Shown in pieces: positions 55,601 to 64,000 of a DNA stretch of 64,000 nt. Below the pieces are notes generated by a model, which was not told the origin of the DNA, did no database searches, and was given only the letters and a program-made list of their open reading frames with translations. The stretch's first letter is position 1, and every line of letters begins with the position of its first letter. The stretch spans positions 315,235-379,234 of the forward strand of contig NW_002060977.1 in the NCBI RefSeq assembly GCF_000150275.1, in the 5' to 3' direction. This DNA comes from Trichoplax adhaerens (lineage: Eukaryota > Animalia > Placozoa). Position numbers and translations under genes: made by a program.

Positions 55601-58600
55601 GTCTATCCTTACAGTCTATAATTATGGGCTACTAAATATATCTTAAGATAAATGTAGAAAAAGCACTACCGTACATCACACTAAATATGGCCAATAGTTT
55701 ACAATCATAATACTTGGTTACTTTATACGTAGAAGATATATGCATAATAATTTCTGTAAGTAGATAGCCTAAATATTCAGCATGATAGTAAAAATCTCTT
55801 ACATCATAAGTGGCAGAAGTTTTTCAAGATGTACATAATATTAAACGCTGGTGATCTTATAATTTGGATAGAAATCTGATGGGAGCAAACTTGGTAAAGC
55901 TATTCCCATTCCCAGGACATGCTCTATCAAAAATGAAAATATTGTGAGTTTTTTGTCGAAAGCTAGCTTAAGCACTTGATTATATTCTATTTTCTGACAG
56001 TAAGAGCTTTTTAGGTCATGATAACACCTTAGAATCTTTAATATCACAAAACTTAGGCATTATAAAACCTCATATGACTACTTTCACAAATGATTGTAAT
56101 TAATTAATCTGAACAAATGCGTTCGACTATCTTTTCATTAACACTAATAGAAATCTGTCCAGAAATCTCTTTCGAAGCATTAGCTGGCAACCCCAAACCG
56201 AATATTTCAATTTTACATCTATGTAAGTCAAAGCATATATAGAAAGCATAAAATTGTACTTGGTCTGCATTCTAGCTGTAGTTAAATATCGCTCAACAAA
56301 ATCTAGTTTAAAAAAGTTTTAAATAAATAGAAACCGTAAGACTGTAAATTTTGTTTACTTTCAGAGATTTTTCCTACAATTCCATATCCAAGATTCAAAG
56401 TATTAATTCCGTCTACTTGGTAGAGTCATTGTAAGTAATCATTATAAAATCTGCTTTCGTTGAAGATAAAGATATAGCAATGTTATCTTAGTTTCCATAC
56501 AATCATGCCGTTTGTAATTATTACACAGTAATTTATCATTCAACTACCTGACCCAATTATCCCACTTACGAATTCGAAATATATCACTAATCACAAATCT
56601 GTAAGTTTTCTGGGTATGAAAATAATCATGAGTATGCGTTACAATCATACCTTGATCTTGATTGAAACCAATTTAAATTGTTATCTTTGCTTAAAATTAT
56701 TTTTCAACTATCAGATATATAAATTACAATTTTATTGCCAAAATTGGCATCCATGATATGAAAGAATCGATGAATATAAATAACATAAAAAAGTTGTAAG
56801 TAAAATTTTCACTACGTATCATTTTTAGCCCCTAAAATTAAATATTATGCAAAAACACATACATTATTTGATAACATTTTATTTGGTTAATTAATACCTA
56901 TCTTATATAATTACAGAGTCAATCAATATCAATTGACTTTAAAAAATTTTAACTTCTATATACGAGACTTTCTAATCAAGCCTCAAATATGTTTTCAATT
57001 TCAGAGATATGTCGCATAATCGAATCTCTTCCATACATCTGCAAGCTTTTCAATCAGCAAAACAATTGAAGGAAATGTATGTTAAGTGCGCTAGCTTATA
57101 AATTTTCAATGTTTCACGTCTTCATTTCCATATCATCATAACTACTAGCAGCACTATTAAATTTACAAATTGCAAAAATGTGCTATAGCCATGTCTACAA
57201 TGACACTAAAAAGGTTTAATGCTCGAATTCTTGCAAATATAGTTACCTTGATACTAATTACCTAAGAAATTTGAAATTTACTTCTATGATGCCTAATGTA
57301 AAGGTTCTGTAAGTATCAACTCAAAAATAAATACTGAAGAAGCTAAGCATTCAGTTACAATATTCTTTTGACAGAGATGTATTTTAAATTTGAGTTATTC
57401 ATGCATTCATAAATATCTGTAATCCATTTAATTATGGAAGAAACATATTTTAAATTATTATTCAGCTACCTATAAAAACTGCAAAGTGCTCGAATGAAAT
57501 AATATTGTAACCGCAGTCTTATAAAAATAATACCTGAAGTAACAATGCAGTCAAATTATGGAGGCATTTATTTTAAAAGTATTCAGTTTTCACAATGAGT
57601 CACGAGGCGATTTACGATTTAAGCCCATTATTAAAGTCTTTTATAAATTCTAGTTCAGCATCCTATAATCAATTAAGCCACTTTCAAAAATTCGAAAATC
57701 TGCATCAATTAGAGATTTTGTAAGTAATAAATCATTAAATAAATACCATTATGTAAGTAAATCGTACAAAAATTGTCAAAATATTAAAATATGGTTGCTG
57801 TTAATGTAAATGATGCATCTAAAAGGTTACTAATTATCAACTATCTTATAACCATTCTAAGTCTCTTACACACAATTAAATTTTTACTTCAGAAACCTAT
57901 CGTGCAATCCATTTCAGAAGTTCGAAGCTAAAGCATTATCGGGTCTTTCTAATATTATAGAATTGTAAGTAATGTAAATTTTCAAAAGTCCTTTAATAAG
58001 TTATTATGCAATTATTTGTAATACTGCTATCTTACAAATAGTTCAATCGAATCTATCTTCAAAGATGGTTTCGGCTATTTTTGTACCTTTTCAAGTGACA
58101 AATAGTAATCGAAATAAGTATTTCCTTTAAAATATTGCTTAATTGCTTAAATTATTTCGTCTTGCAAACACAAACATCAACTTTAAATGAATTTCTGGAG
58201 CTATACTACATTCATTTAATTACAATATATTGGGCGTTTATATTTTCTCTCACAGGCATTTGGAAAATATCAATTTGTATTCCTGGGATAATTTGTCCTT
58301 CAGTGGTTTATCAAAGTTATCAAAGCTGTAAGCTACTGATTATTTCACCTTTTTGCTTCAACTTATTGCTTCTTTTAGCTGTTCAAGCTAGTAGCTTTAA
58401 CTAAATATTCCAAAACATTATACTTCTATTAGCGTCCTCAGTAAAAATCATTTAACTGTCGTCAAGAGCCAATCACTTGAAAATTTAAATACTTTACAAG
58501 AACTGTAAGTTATAGATTATCTATTTAGATATTTATGAATTTATTCTCTAATGTTTTATACAGCCATTTTACATTAGCAATCTTACGAATTAAATTTTTC

Positions 58601-61600
58601 GCAGAATTGTTGTTTCATACGATTATCAAAACTGAACTTTTCGTACATCTCAACCATTATTAATATGAGAGTCATTCTATCCTTTTGAAATAATAGGGAT
58701 CTGTCGAGTAACAATATCTCCTTCATACCTCAGGGTGCTTTCAACTCTTTAACGAATTTACGTAAATTGTAAGCTTAATAGTAAGCTTAGGGCTATTTAA
58801 TGGTTGTATATATAAATGAAATTAATACACTATCACCAAAAAGTGATGTATTATCTTATAACATAGATGAACTATGAGCATATTATAGATAAAATTTAAA
58901 ACGATAGCTTATAGGTAGCCTAGGATTGAGACGAAATTATCCTTGTAGTTTTCCACGAAATTTTAATAAAGCTCTGAAAAGTAGCTTAATAACGTCAACT
59001 ATAAGATATATCGAAGCAGTTTAATAATCGACAAATCACCATTAATTCGTGAGCAATTGTTTTAAGCGAAGTTACCGCAAAAGCAATAATGTGTAATATT
59101 TATAATTTACTCTTAATTAATCTGGCAAATTCATCTTGTATTTTTAATTTATCAGAAGTAACCTTCTAATGCTAGTTTCTACAGTGATATATTAGGTACT
59201 ATAACCATTTGACGATACGTCATATACTACTTTACTTCTTATTTCTCGTACATTTTTAATAAACTTTACTAGCGTAATTAGCATAAATCATGACCACTTC
59301 TGTCACAAGACAGCTTTGCAACAAGATAACCTAACGTACGATCAATAAGCCAATTCCTTGAACCACGTATCAAGGAACGATATCTGCACTATCAGAAACA
59401 CTTTTGTTCTACTAGCAGACTACATAAAGACTTAAACGCCTCGTATTTTACGTTAAACACTAAGTTTAAGAATCCATTTTATTGCACGATATACTGTATT
59501 TATATACTATTCCTCAATAGTCCATGAGTCACAGTTAGTATGATTAACTTTAGAATCATTTACTGAATTAGATATTAATAGTAACTACTGCTCCCTAATG
59601 TAGACAACAGTAATTACGAACATAGACATCTGATGACTAATACAGAATAGTCAGATTACGATATGTCTTATCACGGAACATTTCCACGATAATTTACAAT
59701 ATACCATAAGTAAGTTAAAATCACAATGATTCGAACCGTAAGTAGATAATTTGCATTCCCTATTATAACTATTAATTCAGTATGTGTATATGCGTCTCTG
59801 TCATAAACAGTCAGTGCTATATTAAAACACAGTATATCCAAATTAGAAGTTAACTAAATAAGGATAGGCTAACAGAATTATCTTAACATAGATATTTCTA
59901 CTCTAATACAGTATATAACACTGTCGCAACTGCCTACAAACTGTATAAACCAGAATAAGTAATGGCTAAGCTATCCTATTACGTTATATTTTAGGCTCTA
60001 GGAAGCTAAAGGTTATCAATTTGTTAGAATAATATACTCATTGTAACATGTAGATCCATCATTTAAATTCAATATACTTTGCGATTTACGGTGAATTAGT
60101 TTGGCAATAATGTACATCCTAAACCATATATTGATTACCGTACCATATCATTACAATTGAATTAATATACGCACATCATATACAAGACCAATTTAAGATC
60201 AAATTTAACCCCAGATTTTAACAAGGCTATTTGAGAGTATCTTATATTACAACAATAAGTAATTTCTTATTTGCAATGCAGTAGCATAACAAGCAATGTA
60301 GAGAGTATAACATATTTGTTCAGCTTAAATAATCGTTAACGATCAAAAGTACTAAAATTTCATCTTAAAATTTCCTTACAGAATAATTGCACAAAATTTG
60401 ATAACGGAATTTGAATTTTATACCTTTAAGAACAACAACAAAATCGAGACAATGTTAGAGAATCAATTACTATGACTATTCAAACAAATATTCTTTAAAA
60501 TGTTATTTCCATCAAATTGCTACCTGTTTTATCTCGGATTTCTATAGGGATTTACAATCCAATATGATTACAAATATAACGGAACAGGATGACGAGTTAC
60601 CGAATTTAAAATCGCTGTAAATATTTAAATAACTTTGCATTCGACAACATACTTCTAGCTCACTAGTTTTATTCGTATGCTTCGTACAATTTGTTTAAAT
60701 CTTTTTCTAATTACTTAATTAAAGTAAATCACCAGCTTTGCTATTTTAATTCTCAAATTCATAACGTGGTGTTTCGTATATAAATATAACCATTATTTAT
60801 ACCAATTAATATAGGAATCTAAACAAAAACTTGTTAGATAATGACATTGCAGAGAAATTAAAGAACGGGCATTTGAATAAATTGCATGAACTGTAAGTAG
60901 CTAAAATTTTCATAAAGTTCTTGTTCGACCTTTAGAATATAACTATGCTGCCATAAAGATTTCATCGCGGATTATGAAATGTATATAAACGAGGCCGCAC
61001 GCGAAATCGGTCATTTTGCAAAATGACTATAGGTAACAGTTTTTCCTTAAATTTTATAACATAAAATGTATTTTTTCATTTAGTCAAATAGCAGAGAACA
61101 ACATTAGTGCATTACCTAAAGAATTCTTCTATTATCTGAAAGAAAGCACTAGAATCTAGTAAGTGTTAGCATCATACCATTTCACGTTACCATTTACCTA
61201 TAAACCATTAAATTTCGGCTTCTATATTTATTAAAATTTAGTATAAGATTCCTAAAACATGATTATTTTAAACTATTCTTTCTTGAATTCCTTTAGCAAT
61301 TTGGGATTTAATAAATATCTAGAAACGCAAAATGTCTTAGAAGCGATTAATGAATTTCTACCCTTGCTCCCTTATGAATGCGCAGCAGAAAATATATCAC
61401 GTTGCCAATCATTTTCGATGTGAGTTAACCACTATTCATGACTGGTTGCACTTGCGGCCATGTATCAGAGATGCATTAGCTTTAAGTATCCATTTCCAAA
61501 TGCCTGTTTTGGTCTAATAATAGATAACTGTTTATTTTAGTCTAAACTAAAATAATTTTCAAGCTGGTTTTAGTCAAGTACAATTTTAAAGAACTAATCT

Positions 61601-63163
61601 AGGCCATAGCATCCTGTGAACCAAATTTATATATAATATATTATTTCGATATATAGAGATATTAGTGGATACCGCATAGAACGGAAAAGAGAAGAAGGAG
61701 ACTATGGAGTGCTCTCTTCACTTCAAAACAACGTTAAAACATTGTAATTTAGCAATAATTAAAACTAGTAGAATTCTATCGTTCTGTGATTCACCTAAAT
61801 TAAACGTCATCAAATATACATTTCACTGAAATATTTTACGTCATATTATAGGTTTCTTTTACTATCTACCAATTTACATCAATACTTATTCTATTACAGA
61901 TATATCAGTAAAATTGGTATCCATAGACTCGATCTTAGAATCTTATTTAATCGAACAAATCGAATTTTAAAAGAGCTGTAAGTCAACTCTTATGTTAAAA
62001 ATTATGTAAGAAATGTATTATAAAGCTGTTACAAGGAATCTATTGATCAATGTAATGTTATGAAACACGTTTTTCATCAACCTCATAAAATATTCTAATT
62101 CGACGTTAAATTTGATGAATACTGTATCGTATTTTGGCTTCAGTAAAATAACTATAATGCTATCTCTGTAGACTTACCAGCTTATTCTACAAATGGGAAC
62201 TTTCGTAATATTAAGGCAACAGTAATCGTTAACCATGAATCGTTAGCCAAATTATTGATAAAAATTTTCATGATAGACATTATACTAGAAATTTTCTAGA
62301 AGAAATCACAAGTAACGGAATTCAATTTCCGAACCTAGAGATCATGTAAGAGTGCATAAAATCATACTGTATACGTTACGGACATATATAAATTCATTTA
62401 AAAATTTTAATTGCAATCAAATTAATATTAGTTTGCAATACATAAGGTTAAACTTAAAAAAGTTTTGCTTCAGTGCCGATATGACATAAACAGTTATAGT
62501 TTGTAATGTTCGTTTTGTATAACTCAAATTTTCAGAAATTTAGAAAATAACTTCCTACAAGGCGCATGTTTTACTGAATCCTACTATGACGTCTGGCCCA
62601 ATATCCATACACTGTAAGATTATTCGGCCTGATTCTTGATCAATTTATTTTATGATATAATCAAATTTTCAGTAAACTACATAATCTTATAATTAACTAT
62701 TACATACATTGAAATCAGGCTTCATAAATTGTAATTAATTATGTGTAAGTGCACGAAAAATGTACTACCTTTTTAATTATACCAAGCCACAATTATTTTC
62801 TCTTTTAACAGGATCTTAAAGCAAAATCGCATTCGAACCTTGAATAATGACTGTTTTTATAAATATAAGCGACTTCGTATATTGTAAGCTTTCCTAATTT
62901 GTAATAGTAAATTAATTTTACAACTCTCCTGCCTTTGATAAAATTTATTTGAATTTTATGATAACACTTTACCGAATTATAAAATTATATTACTTAATTC
63001 TAAATTAAAAGTTGAAAGCTACCGATATTCCATAATAACAGCATTTTATACGTTATTACGGTCATCTATTTATAACTTATAATCTTTACAGAAATCTGGA
63101 GCTAAACATTTTGACCCATGTTAGTGATCAGGCTCTTCGTGGACTGACGAATCTTAGAAATGT
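46692..63163 (+). CDS. Gene 2: paralogous giant LRR receptor, probably an LGR (5' exon not identified; 3' end and any 7TM lie beyond the window)
   Basis: Exon 46692-46728 (phase 1-2), then LRR exons: 47033-47098, 47281-47352, 47497-47568, 47777-47848, (N gap), 48944-49015, 50372-50443, 50632-50703 (ELQCNEIATIEAGAFNGLDNLRHL), 50876-50947, 51074-51136, 52507-52578, 52660-52731, 52866-52937, 53092-53160, 53288-53365, 53601-53672, 53790-53861, 54043-54114, 54243-54314, 56151-56222, 56365-56430, 56529-56600, 56715-56795, 57005-57076, 57243-57308, 57654-57719, 57893-57964, 58256-58327, 58433-58504, 58697-58768 (DLSSNNISFIPQGAFNSLTNLRKL), 60382-60453, 60548-60616, 60815-60892, 61084-61158, 61297-61419, 61657-61743, 61900-61977, 62277-62345, 62536-62613, 62812-62883, 63092-63163. 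GPCR status is inferred from collinearity with gene 1. Confidence 0.87.
47855..48246. other. Assembly gap (392 N) within gene 2
   Basis: Run of N; may hide one or more LRR exons. Confidence 0.99.
49335..49844 (-). mobile_element. Solo-LTR-like element, family B copy 5 (gene 2 intron)
   Basis: Full-length homology to B copies; degenerate left terminus; no clear TSD. Confidence 0.75.
54454..55727 (-). mobile_element. Diverged family C element split by family A copy 4
   Basis: Sequence on both sides of the A insertion aligns collinearly to family C (...tattatACTCT | ccatgtcttgcacagctgcaatcagcatggca versus ...tttatactttccgtagcattcacagctacaatccgcatggca). Confidence 0.72.
54694..55326 (+). mobile_element. 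Solo-LTR-like element, family A copy 4 (gene 2 intron, nested in a family C copy)
   Basis: Near-identical to 1815-2444; exact TSD ACTCT (54689-54693 / 55327-55331). Confidence 0.9.
59301..59928 (-). mobile_element. Solo-LTR-like element, family A copy 5 (gene 2 intron)
   Basis: Reverse copy of family A; flanks ACTTC/ACTGC (4 of 5 match). Confidence 0.88.
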
Positions 63164-64000
63164 GTAAGTATCAATGACATCACCAATAGTTAATATATTA
63201 TATAATCGTTACATGCCTCTACAACAATATAAGCTTGTACCTATAGTACATTATGACTACACGTTGATTTTAGCTTATCCTTTTTTATAAACATAGACTG
63301 AATTAATGCGTACTTGCCTATAGACATAGCATGCTAAGTCTAGCATTTGCAGCATGTACTATTTCTTTGCAGCCACAAACAGCGTTGTCATCTACTAATA
63401 CTTAGACCGTTTGTGACGAGTTTACTTCTATAGTCTTAGCTCTCTACATTATCTCTATTCCAAAGCCTTAAATACCACTAATTTCTAACCCATATCTCTA
63501 CTCTTGCGTTCATTACAGTATTAGTACTTTCTTGATTGCTTCATAACAGCTTATAAGCCACTCTACGTTAATTACCTCAATACTATAATTTTTACAATGT
63601 GCAAGACGAATCTTGCTAACTTACTAAACGTATTGCACTGATTTCTAAATTACTTATAACCGTTATAACTCTTAGAAATTAGCTCAAAATCACTCTGGTC
63701 ACTAAATAAAAAAATAATTAAGAAATGCTTAGACTGTTCTTTATCAGTGATATATGAGCCTCATTAAGTTAGCAAGACTAGAAATTAAGAATCTGATATG
63801 TTAAATACTGTACGCTGCGAATTTATACAGAAAAGCAAGTTGCAGTGCTAAACTAAATTTAACTTAAAATTTCAACAAAGTTTTATTTCTACTAGTATAT
63901 TGAACTCGCCTCCCACAAATTTCTACTGATGAATATTTCTTGACTCTACTTAATCTAATCAGTGTTTACGGGGTAAATTTATATATATAATAATAATTTA

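Overview
AT-rich eukaryotic (animal) genomic DNA with GT-AG introns. The base composition, intron density and gene family suggest a placozoan such as Trichoplax; this is inference only. The window holds two tandem + strand paralogues of a very large LRR-containing rhodopsin-class GPCR (LGR, type C/RXFP-GRL101-like hinge). Gene 1 (about 7288-28923) appears complete: signal-peptide exon, about 41 single-LRR exons (mostly 72 nt, all phase 2-2) and one terminal hinge+7TM exon. Gene 2 (about 46692 to beyond 63163) shows 40 LRR exons, collinear exon-for-exon with gene 1 over about 30 exons despite low identity, and runs off the window. The ORF track misses almost all of this because the exons are so short. 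Introns and intergenic DNA are dense with solo-LTR-like TG...CA elements of at least four families, many with exact 5-bp target-site duplications (TSDs) and two nested inside older copies. Intergenic stretches also seem to carry decayed, apparently intron-poor LRR/7TM relics. There is one N gap at 47855-48246. All exon and repeat coordinates were read by eye.
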